From the NCBI GenBank assembly GCA_043779265.1, contig JAYWEM010000027.1, forward strand, positions 1-28,945: a stretch of DNA of 28,945 bases, written 5' to 3'. Positions 16,246-26,600 of this stretch are shown piece by piece (within the stretch, counting starts at the first letter, position 1; each line of letters starts with the position of its first letter). Position numbers and translations under genes: made by a program. Under the pieces are notes generated by a model. It was not told the DNA's origin. It did not search any database and saw only the letters and a program-made list of their open reading frames with translations. Source of the DNA: a bacterium (GTDB taxonomy: Bacteria; Eisenbacteria; RBG-16-71-46).

Positions 16246-18905
16246 CGCCAGAGAAGATCGGTCCCTACCCCATCGAACGTGAAGTCGGCCGCGGCGGCAT
16301 GGGCGTGGTCTACCTGGGGCGCGACACGAGGCTCGATCGCCGTGTCGCCATCAAAGTGCTGCCCGAGGCGTTCGCGGCGGATCCCGAACGCCTCGCGCGC
16401 TTCGAGCGCGAGGCGCGTCTGGTGGCGTCGCTCAACCATCCCAACATCGCCGGCATCTATGGGATCGAAGAGGACGCCAGCCTTCGCTTCCTGGCCCTCG
16501 AGTACGTCGAGGGCGATACGCTGGGCGAGCGGATCGAGCGCGGTGCGCTGTCGCTGGATGACTCGCTGGATGTCTGCCGTCAGGTGGCCCTGGCGCTCGA
16601 AGCCGCGCACGAGGGCGGCGTCGTGCACCGTGACTTGAAGCCCGGCAACATCAAGGTGACGCCGACGGGCGAGGTCAAGGTGTTGGACTTCGGGCTCGCC
16701 AAGGGCGGTGGCAGCGCCGGCGCGGATTCGGCGACCGATCTCTCGCAATCTCCCACGATGGCGTTCGCGGCGACGAGTGCCGGCGTGATCCTGGGCACGG
16801 CGGCCTACATGAGCCCCGAGCAGGCGCGCGGCAAGGCCGTGGACAAGCGCACCGACATCTGGGCGTTCGGCTGCCTGCTCTACGAATGCCTCACCGGCCG
16901 GCAGGCGTTCGCCGGCGAGACCGTGTCGGACATGCTCGCGCTCATCCTCCAGGGTGAGCCCGAGTGGGCGGCGCTGCCCGCGCAGACGCCCGAGCGCATT
17001 CGCGGGCTGCTGCGCCGCTGCCTCGAAAAGGACTCGCGGCGTCGGCTGCGCGACATCGGCGATGCACGCATGGAGATCGAGGACGTGCAGTCGGTGCGCG
17101 CGTCCAGCTCGTCGATGGCGGCGTCGGGTGCCGCGGCGAAGGGTTCGCGCCGTCTGTTCGAGTGGGCGCGCTTGGTGGGCGTGGCGCTGCTCGCGGCTGC
17201 GGCCACCTGGTTCGTGCCGCGCGCTCTCAACAGCCCCACTAGGCCCAAGCCGTCGCGCTTCGCGATCACGCAGCCCGAAGGCGCTTTCTTGGACACGGAC
17301 GCGGCCTCACCCACGATCTCCCCCGACGGCGGCACGCTGGCTTTCGTCGCCTACGACTCCACCGGCGAAGGACGCATCTGGTTGCGGAAGCTCGAGTCCA
17401 CCGTGGCCAAGCCGATCGCCGGAACGAACAAAACGGGCAGTGTGTTCTTCTGGTCGCCGGACAGCCGCCACCTCGCGTTCGTCAGCGAGGGGAAGCTCAA
17501 GAAGATCGCTGTGGCGGGCGGGGACGCCGAGGTCGTCTGTCCGATCGCCGCGATGCGCGGTGGTTGCTGGGGCCGAGATGGCATCATCCTCATCTCGCCC
17601 ACCGCGAACGGCACCATCTATCGCGTTTCGGCCGGCGGCGGCGAGCCGCAGCCAGTGACCACGCTCGATTCGACCCGCGGCGAGACGGCGCATCGCTTCC
17701 CGCAGTTCCTGCCCGACGGCCAGCACTTCCTGTTCACCGCGCTTCCGGCGCGCGCCGGGAAGTTCGACATCCTCGTCGGCTCGCTCGATTCACCGAAGCG
17801 CACGCTGCTGATGTCCGCCAGCACCGGAGTCACGTGGGCGCCGAGCGGCAACCTGTTGTACGCGCGCGACGGCAAGTTGATGGCGCAGGGGTTCGATGCC
17901 AAGGCCCTCAAGCTGCGCGGCGAGCCGGTCTCTCTCGGCGACGTCGTCTCTGCGACGAGCTTCTCGGGCGGCCCGATCGCCTCGGCATCGCTGACGGGCT
18001 CGATCGCCTACGCCATGCTGCAGCGGACGAATCAGCGAATGGCCTGGGTCGACTTGGCCGGTCGCGAGCTCGCGCACATCCCGCTCGTGCCCGGGCCCTA
18101 CTCACTCGGCTCGCTCTCACCGGATGACCGTCGTGCTGCGCTCGAGCGCGACGAATCGGCGGATGGGTCCGACATCTGGATCGCCGACTTGGAGCGCGGC
18201 GTGGCCACGCGCTTCACTGACGAGCAGGGCTTCAATGAGAATCCGCACTGGTCGCCTGATGGAACACGCATCGCCTACATGTGGAGCAACAACTCGCCGC
18301 AAGTGCTGAAGCTCAAATCGCTGCTCGGGGATAGCACGGAGTCGCTCTTGGAATCCGACCCGCTCTTCAAGCGATTCCATGGCTGGACGCCCGACGGGAG
18401 CAGTCTGCTCTACTCACGACTGGATCCGGTGTCCCAGTGGGACCTCTGGGTGATGCCGCTGGATGGCGAACGCGAGCCGCACCACTTTCTGAAGACGCGC
18501 TTCAACGAGTTGAACAGCGATGTCTCCCCCGATGGCCGATGGATCACCTACCTCTCCGACGAATCGGGCCAGAACGAGGTCTATGTCCAATCGTTCCCGG
18601 TTCCAGGCGGCAAGTACCAGGTCACGACCGGTGGCGGGTTGTGGTCTGGCTGGAGCCGAGACGGAAGACAACTTCGCTATGGGGTGAACTCCGATCCGAT
18701 GCACAGCCTGACGGCCGAGGTCCAAAGCGGCAACGAGTTCCGGCTCGGCCCGTCGCGCGTTTTCTTCACCATTCCCAAGGATCAGCGAGGGCTGCGAATG
18801 GACCATGACAACAAGCGGTTGATCGCCCTGCTTCCGGCGGGAAACGATCCGACGCCCTCGATCACCGTGCTCCTCGATGGGCTCCCGGGGGCGACGGGCC
18901 GCTAG
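16242..18905 (+). CDS. Ser/Thr protein kinase 4 (kinase–TM–TolB/PD40-like propeller)
   Basis: VTPEKIGPYPIEREVGRGGMGVV, VAIK, HRDLKPGN, DFG, GTAAYMSPEQ; TM WARLVGVALLAAAATWFV; SPDG and WSPDS repeats. Start set at GTG 16242 by alignment to the paralogs (frame is open from 16131). Confidence 0.93.
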   Translation: MTPEKIGPYPIEREVGRGGMGVVYLGRDTRLDRRVAIKVLPEAFAADPERLARFEREARLVASLNHPNIAGIYGIEEDASLRFLALEYVEGDTLGERIERGALSLDDSLDVCRQVALALEAAHEGGVVHRDLKPGNIKVTPTGEVKVLDFGLAKGGGSAGADSATDLSQSPTMAFAATSAGVILGTAAYMSPEQARGKAVDKRTDIWAFGCLLYECLTGRQAFAGETVSDMLALILQGEPEWAALPAQTPERIRGLLRRCLEKDSRRRLRDIGDARMEIEDVQSVRASSSSMAASGAAAKGSRRLFEWARLVGVALLAAAATWFVPRALNSPTRPKPSRFAITQPEGAFLDTDAASPTISPDGGTLAFVAYDSTGEGRIWLRKLESTVAKPIAGTNKTGSVFFWSPDSRHLAFVSEGKLKKIAVAGGDAEVVCPIAAMRGGCWGRDGIILISPTANGTIYRVSAGGGEPQPVTTLDSTRGETAHRFPQFLPDGQHFLFTALPARAGKFDILVGSLDSPKRTLLMSASTGVTWAPSGNLLYARDGKLMAQGFDAKALKLRGEPVSLGDVVSATSFSGGPIASASLTGSIAYAMLQRTNQRMAWVDLAGRELAHIPLVPGPYSLGSLSPDDRRAALERDESADGSDIWIADLERGVATRFTDEQGFNENPHWSPDGTRIAYMWSNNSPQVLKLKSLLGDSTESLLESDPLFKRFHGWTPDGSSLLYSRLDPVSQWDLWVMPLDGEREPHHFLKTRFNELNSDVSPDGRWITYLSDESGQNEVYVQSFPVPGGKYQVTTGGGLWSGWSRDGRQLRYGVNSDPMHSLTAEVQSGNEFRLGPSRVFFTIPKDQRGLRMDHDNKRLIALLPAGNDPTPSITVLLDGLPGATGR

Positions 18906-20391
18906 GAGGCTGTCCGAGTAGAGGAGTGGCTGCCCGCCGGCCACTTGGCGCGGTTCGTCCGCGAGGTGGTCTCGGAGCTGGACCTGCGCGCGATCGAGGA
19001 CACCTTCGAGGAAGGGCCCGGCAACCCGTCGTACCATCCCCGGTTGATGGTGACGCTGCTGCTGTACGCGTACAGCACGGGGACCTACTCGTCGCGGCGG
19101 ATGGCGGCGAAGCTGGTGGACGACGTGGCGTACCGGTTCCTGGTGGCGGGCAACGTGCCGGATTTCCGCACGCTCTGCGACTTCCGCAAGACGCACGGTG
19201 ATGCGTTGAAGGGGCTGTTCGTGCAGGTGCTGAAGCTGTGCGCGGAGGCCGGGCTGGTGAAGCTCGGCCGCGTGGCGGTGGACGGCATGAAGGTGAAAGC
19301 GAACGCCTCGAAGCACAAGGCGATGAGCTACGCGCGGATGAACGAGCGCGAGGCGGCGTTGAGGGCACAGGTGGCGGAGCTGTTGGCGCGCACCGAGGCG
19401 ACCGACGAGGCCGAGGACGCGGAGCACGGCGAGGACGTCCGCGGCGATGAGCTGCCGGAGGAACTGCAGCGCGCCGAGGGACGACTGGCGAAGATCCGAG
19501 CCGAGAAGGCGGCGCTCGAGGCGCAGGCACGAGAGCAGGCGGCGAAGGATGCCGAGGATGCGAAGGCGCACATCGCGGAGCGCGAACAGAAGGAGAGCGG
19601 TCGGCGCTTCGGCGGCAAGCGTCCGCAGGTACCGGATCCTGAACAGGCGAAGCCAGCACCGAAGACGCAGCGCAACTTCACCGATCCCGAGTCACGCATC
19701 CAGAAGACGGCCGACGGCTTCATCCAAGGCTACACGACATTGCTGGCGGTGGATGATGTCGCGGAAGTGATCGTCGCGCAGCACGTGCCATCGAACGGGC
19801 CGGAACAGAACGAACTCATCCCGATCGTGAACGCGATGGCGCTCTTGATGGGCCGACTACCCGAGCAACTGGTGGCGGACGCGGGCTACTGGTCCGAGGC
19901 GAACGCCGAGCATCTCGCTGCAAAGGGCATCGACGGCCATCTCGCGCGCGGCCGCATGAAGCATGGCGAGCGCGCGCCGTCACCACCTCGTGGCCGCATC
20001 CCGGCGAAGCTCAGCGTGGCCGAACGCATGCAACGCAAGCTGAGGACGAAGGCGGGGCGCGTCGTGTACGCGAGGCACAAGGCGATCGTCGAGCCGGTGA
20101 ACGGCCAGATCAAGCAAGCGCGTGGGTTCCGTCAGATCCTGCGGCGCGGCCTGGAGCGCGTGGGTCAGGAAGGGTCGCTGGTCTGCACGGTGCACAACCT
20201 GCTGAAGCTCAGGACCACGTGGGAACCAGCATGAATCGGGGCTGGGGTGCGCATATCTGGACGGACGAGCCTCCCATGGGGCCCAACAACCGCGGTGGGA
20301 TCGTCACCGGCCCGCCCGGAGAGAAGTTCAGCGCGCAGGCCTCGGGATCTCGGGGCTCGCGCGCTGCGCTTTCGAATACTCGGACAGGCTC
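18906..20391 (+). mobile_element. IS1182-family insertion sequence, probably defective
   Basis: IRL GAGGCTGTCCGAGTA (18906-18920) and IRR TACTCGGACAGGCTC (20377-20391) match at 14/15; flanked by CTAG (18902-18905) and CCAG (20392-20395); encloses the transposase. Confidence 0.85.
18921..20234 (+). pseudogene. IS1182-family transposase, 5'-truncated (ORF 18945..20234)
   Basis: EWLPAGHLARFV, YHPRLMVTLLLYAY, SSRRM, PDFRTLCDFRK, AVDGMKVKANASKHKAMSY, NFTDPESRI, ADAGY, IVEPV, HNLLKL. Homology begins immediately after IRL with no N-terminal segment. Confidence 0.8.
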
Positions 20392-20573
20392 CCAGGCCAT
20401 CGTTGCCACGTGTCGGACTTCGGCGTACTTGAAGCGCTCGGACGCCACATCAATTGTGGCATCTCCGGGGCAGGCAATCGAGCGCATGTCCTCCCTCAGT
20501 TGCCACCGTCTCGGAGTACCACGGCTCCGTCTCGTCGTTCCTTCGCGCCGTGATCCGCCCTCCGCTACATCCC

Positions 20574-20582
20574 TGTTACTAT
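20574..20582 (+). promoter_or_regulatory. Putative extended -10 promoter (TGnTACTAT) for cgs
   Basis: TGTTACTAT about 65 nt upstream of GTG 20647; AAAGGA SD at 20631-20636. Confidence 0.45.
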
Positions 20583-20646
20583 CGCCCTGCCGCCTCAATC
20601 GGGACCGCGGGCTCTCCGCAGTCCCCGCCGAAAGGATCCGTAGCTG

Positions 20647-23600
20647 GTGCCAGGCCATCGCAACGTGTCGTCCCGTGCCGCACTCGAGCGGGGCGGGGCG
20701 CGTCTGCGGCTGATCGGCCTCGACTCGAGCCCCCTGCACGGCGAGTTGCTCGGCGTCGAGCGCCTGGAAGAACGCGCCCGGGCTCTGGCTGCGGAGTTCA
20801 CCCTCTCGCGCAACCCGCGGCGCGGCTCTCCCCTCCTGCTGCGCCGCCTGTCCGACGACACGCGCGTGCTTCGCCAGGCGTATCGGGTCCTCGCCGGCGA
20901 CGTGTGGCGCGGCAAGCCGATCGCGCCCGCGGCCGAGTGGCTGCTCGACAACTTCCATCTGGTGGAAGGCGAGATGCTCGAGGTCCGCCGCCACCTTCCC
21001 TCTCGCTACTACCGTGAGTTGCCCAAGCTGGCCACACGCGAGCTCGCCGGCACGGCGCGCGTCTATGCGATGGCCGTCGAACTGCTCCGCTACAGCGACG
21101 CGCGACTCGACGCCAAGCGGCTGGAGCGGTTCATCTACGCCTATCAGACCGTGGCACCCCTCAGCATCGGCGAGCTGTGGGCGTGGCCGAGCATGCTCAA
21201 GCTGGCCCTGATCGAGCACCTGCGCCGGCTCTCCGAGGAAGTCATCGAGAGTCGCGAGGGGCGGCTCGAGGCGGACCGTCTGTTCGCCGAGTTCGAGAGC
21301 GCCAAGTCGAAGGGTCCCCTGCCCTCGCTGCCGCGCGTCCTCCACGTCGCCTTCGTGGACCAATTGCTGCAGCGCATGCGCGAATACGGCGCTGGCGCCG
21401 CTGGGCTCCGCAAGCGATTGGAAGAGCGGCTGGATGCGCTGCATGCCACGGTCGAAGAGGCGGTGCGGGCCGAGCATCAGCGACAGGCCATGAACCACCT
21501 CTCGATGGGCAACTCCATCACCAGCCTGCGGCTGTGCTCGACGCTCGATTGGAATGAGTACGTCGAGGGCGTGAGCATGATCGAGCGCATTCTTCAGCGT
21601 GATCCGCCCGGCGTCTACGCCAGCATGGTGTTCGCGAGCCGCGATCGCTACCGCCACGCGGTGGAGGAGCTGGCCGACCCCACGGGCGAGGCCCAGGTGC
21701 GGGTCGCTCTCCGCGCCATGGAGAGTGCGCGCCAAGCGGCCGAGGAGCTGGGCACCGACTCGAGGGCGGCGCATGTCGGCTACCACCTGATCGGAGGCGG
21801 GCGTCGCGAACTCGAGCACGACGTGGCGCATCATCCGCCGCTGCGGCAGCGCCTCATGCGACTGCTCTTCGAGCACGCCACGCCGGTCTACCTCGGGGGG
21901 CTCGCTCTGATCACCGGGCTCGGGGTGGCGATGGCGATGGCGGCGGCGGGAGCGGCGCAGGCGCCGCAGTGGATGGCTGTCTGGGCGGGATTGCTCGCGA
22001 TCATCCCCGCCAGCGAGTTCGCCGTGGCGCTCATGAACCGCATCGTCCATCGGATCGTTCGACCGAAGCTGCTACCGCGGCTCGACCTGCGCGGGGGCGT
22101 CCCCGAGTCGGCGCGCACCATGGTGATCGTGCCCACCCTGATCACGTCGGTCGAGGGCGCACTGACCTTGCTGGAGCACCTGGAGGTGCATGCCCTCGGC
22201 AATCTCGACCCACGGATCCATTTCGCTTTGCTCACCGACTTCCCGGACGCCGAGTCCGAGCGCCTTCCGCGTGAGGACGAAGTGCTCGCGACCACGATCG
22301 CAGGGATCGAGGCCCTCAATGCGCGCTATGCACCCGGCACCGGGGACCGATTCTACCTGTTCCACCGCGAACGCCGGTGGAACGCCAGCGAAGGCGTGTG
22401 GATGGGTTGGGAGCGCAAGCGCGGCAAGATCGAGGAGTTCAACCGCCTGCTGAGGGGCGCCACCGACACCGGCTTCACGGTGTGCGTGGGGGATCCCGCG
22501 ATCCTGCCGCACGTTCGCTACTGCATCACGCTCGACAGCGACACGCGACTGCCGCGTGACGCGGCGCGTCGATTGATCGGGGTGATCGAGCATCCGCTCA
22601 ATCGCCCGCGCTACGACCCCGAGCTCGGCCGCGTCGTCGAGGGCTATGGGATCCTGCAGCCACGCGTCAGCGTCACGATGGCGAGCGCGGCTGGCTCGCT
22701 GTTCGCCCGCGCCTACTCCGGTCACACGGGCGTCGATCCCTACTCCACCGCAGTCTCCGATACCTACCAGGACCTGTTCGGCGAGGGCAGCTTCGCGGGC
22801 AAGGGGCTCTACGATGTGGACGCCTTCACCGCGGCGCTCGAGGATCGAGTGGCCGAGAACGCCATGTTGTCACACGATCTGTTCGAAGGCCTCTTCGCGC
22901 GCTGCGCGCTGGTTTCCGACGTCGAGTTGGTGGACGACTTCCCCTCGAGTGTGCTGACGCATGCGCGGCGCCAGCACCGCTGGGTGCGCGGCGACTGGCA
23001 GATCCTGTCGCATCTGTTGCCGCTGGTGCCGTCGCGCCACGGGCTCGAGCGCAACCGGCTGCCGCTCATCAGCCGCTGGAAGATCCTCGACAACCTGCGC
23101 CGCAGCTTGGTGGCTCCTGCGTTGATCGCGCTGCTGGCCTCGGCCTGGACATGGCTCCCGGGCTCGCCGCTGGGGTGGACCTTGGCCGCGCTCGCGGTGC
23201 TCGGCTTCCCACTGCTCCCGCCGCTGGTGCACCTGGCCGGTGGCCCGCGCCCGCAGCAGCCCTTCGGTGTGTACCTGCACGATGTGTGGGCGGAGCTCGA
23301 GACGGCGGGCGCACAGGTGCTGCTCCAGATCATGCTGCTCGCAAGCCACGCCTACGAGATGGTGCACGCCATCGGCCTGACGCTGGTTCGCATGGTGATC
23401 ACGCAGCGCCGTCTACTCGAGTGGGAGACCGCCGCGGCCACGGCGGCTCGCTCAGCCGGACTGCTCTCGCGCCAAGGTCCCTGGGTGTTCGTTGTCGAGA
23501 TGTGGGCTGGCCCGGGGGTCGCCTTGGTGCTGGTGCTGGGGATGCTCCCCCTGCGTGCGAGCGCGCTGCCGCTGGCGCTGCCGTTCCTCGCCGCGTGGCT

Positions 23601-26600
23601 GGTCTCGCCGTTGGTCGCGTGGTGGCTGAGCAGGCCGGTGGTGGCGAGGCGCCTGGCGCTGCAGCCGGACGACGCCGCGCAGCTGCGCCGCATCGCGCGT
23701 CGAACCTGGCGCTACTTCGAGCACTTCGGCGGCGCCGAGGATCACGCCTTGCCGCCCGACAACGTCCAGGAAGGTGTCGAGTTGGCGATCGCGCACCGCA
23801 CGTCGCCAACCAACATCGGCATGGGGCTGCTCTCGACGCTCGCCGCGCATGATCTGGGCTACCTCGAGAGTGCCGCGCTCGCCGATCGCATCGACGCCAC
23901 GCTCACCACGGTCGAAGCGCTCGAGCGCCACGAAGGACACCTTCTCAACTGGTATGACACCGAGAGCCTCGCCCCGCTCTCCCCTCGGTACGTCTCGACC
24001 GTGGACAGCGGCAATCTGGCGGGAGCGCTGATGACCATGTCCGCGGGGCTGCATGAACTCGCTTCCGAAGACGAAGACGAAGACGAAGCGAGGACGTTCC
24101 ATGGGGCCACCGATACCGCGGGGGTGCTCGCCGAGATGCTGGACGCGCTCGAGCACCGGGCTCACGCGGCGACTCCCCTTCGCTCGTGCTGCGTCGCCGC
24201 TCGTCGGGAACTGGACGCGCTGCGCGCCACACTGGCCGATGGCGGACCTGCGATCGCGCGCCTCGAGGCGGTCGGGCAACTCGCCGGCGCTCTGCGCGCC
24301 GCTCTCGATCAGGTCGCGGCGGCCGCGCCCGCGGGCCCCGAAGCCGACGCGGTCGGCGAATGGAGTCGGCTATTGGACGATGCGCTCCGACGACTGCCGG
24401 GGATCGCGGCCCGACCCGAAGCGGTGCGCCCAAGATTTCACGAGCTCGCCCGCCGCTGCGAGCGTCTCGCCCATGCCATGGATTGGACGTTCCTGTATGA
24501 CCGGGCACGCGGGGTGTTCGCAATCGGCTTCCGACTCGCCGATGCCGATGGCCCGGGGCGCCGCGACGACTCCTACTACGACCTGCTGGCATCCGAGGCA
24601 CGGCTCGCCAGCTTCATCGCCGTGGCTCGCGACCAAGTGCCGCAGGAGCATTGGTTCCGGCTCTCGCGCGCGCTGGTGAGCGTGGAGGGCTGCACCACGC
24701 TGGTGTCGTGGAGCGGCTCGATGTTCGAGTACCTGATGCCGCTGCTGATGCTGCGCAGCCATCCCGAGACCTTGCTCGAGAACGCCTGCCGCGCGGCTGT
24801 GCGCGCGCAGATCCTGTACGGCAAGCTCCAGAGGGTGCCATGGGGAATCTCGGAGTCCGCCTACCATGTGGTGGACACACATGGCACCTATCAGTACCGG
24901 GCCTTCGGTGTGCCGGGGCTGGGGCTCAAGCGTGGGCTGTCCGAGGACCTGGTGATCGCGCCCTATGCCTCTGCACTCGCCGCCATGGTCGACCCCACCG
25001 CCTCGGCTGCGAACTTCCGACGGCTCGCTCGCGAAGGCGCCTCGGGCCGGTTCGGGTTCATCGAGGCACTCGACTACACGCCGCGCAAGATCGTCACGCC
25101 TGACGCCGAGCGGGCGCCTGAGCCACTCCGCGTCCAGGGTGTGCGCGCCTACTTCGCGCATCATCAGGGGATGAGCTTGGTCGCGCTCACCAACGCCGTG
25201 CTCGGCGCCCCGATGGTGCGGCGGTTCCATTCGGATCCGAGCGTGCGGGCCACCGAGCCCTTGCTTCAGGAACGCGTGCCGCGATTCGTGCCCGTCATCC
25301 GACCGCGTCCCGCCGAATCCACTCGCGTCGAGGCTTCGGTGGCCGAGGCCTCGCCGCGCCGTTATCGCTCCCCGCACACTCTCTACCCCGGCGCCCAGTT
25401 CCTGTCGAATGGTCAGTACACGGCGATCGTCACCAATGCCGGAGGCGGAGCCAGTACCTGGCGTGGACGTTCGGTCACGCGGCAACGCGACGATCCGACC
25501 TGCGACGCGGGCAGCCAGTTCCTCTACGTGCGCGACGTTCGCAGCGGCCTGCTGTGGTCGGCGGCGTACCAGCCGGTGTGTCGCGAGCCCGAGCGCTACC
25601 GGGTGACCTTCCATGCCGACGAGGTACTGTTCGAGCGCAGCGACGACAGCATCGAGACCCGGCTCGAGATCACGGTCTCCCCTGAGGACGATGTCGAGGT
25701 GCGCCGCATCACGCTGGTCAACCATAGCCATCAGATGCGTGAGATCGAGGTGACGAGCCTGGTCGAGATCGTGCTCGCATCGCGCGTCGACGATCTCGCC
25801 CACCCGGCGTTCCTCAAGTTGTTCCTCGAGACCGAGTACCGCCCCGAGTGCACGGCCCTGCTGTGTGGCCGTCGCCCGCGTTCGCCCGACGAGCTGACGC
25901 AATGGGCGGTGCACGTGCTGAGCGCTGAGGATGGCGGCCACGGCGCCGTCGAATGGGAGACCGACCGCGCGCGGTTCCTGGGCCGCGGTCGTACGCCCGA
26001 GGATCCAGCGGCGCTCGACGGCCGGGCGCTCTCCGGCACCACGGGAGCGGTGCTCGACCCGATCCTGAGCCTGCGCCGGCGCGTGCGTATCGCCGCCGGC
26101 GGTCAGGTGCGCCTCGCGTTCGCGACCGGCGTCACCACGAGCCGGGCCTCGGCGATGGTGCTGGCGGAGAAGTACAACGACCCCGCTTCGGCCGCCCGCA
26201 CCTTCGCGCTCGCCGCCACCCAGACGCAGATGCGGCTGCGTCACCTGGGGATCTCGGCGGCCGATGCGCAACTCTACGAGCGGCTCGCCTCACATGTCCT
26301 GTGGACCGACGCCACGTTGCGCGCCGATCCCGCGTTCCTCGCAAGCAACACGCTCGGCCAGTCTGGCCTGTGGGCGCACGGCGTTTCGGGCGATCTTCCA
26401 ATCGTGGTCGTGCGCGTGGTCGAGGAGGGCGATCTCGCGCTGGTGCGCCAGGTGCTGCGGGCGCAGGAGTACTGGCGATTGAAGGGCCTCAGTGCCGACG
26501 TCATCCTGCTCAACGAACATCAGAAGAGCTACTTGGAGGAGCTGCACGAGCAACTTCAGGGCCTGCTCGAGAAGGGCACTTGGGCCGCATGGCGGGACCG

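Noticed and set aside
18903..18945. Transposase is in frame with kinase 4 across a single TAG (possible readthrough fusion)
   Set aside because: One-in-three coincidence; the kinase C-terminus aligns with its paralogs' ends and would be extracytoplasmic, and the transposase looks degenerate.
24067..24087. (GAAGAC)n tract as a phase-variation switch in cgs
   Set aside because: The hexamer unit preserves the frame and has only 3.5 copies; it is likely a linker expansion.
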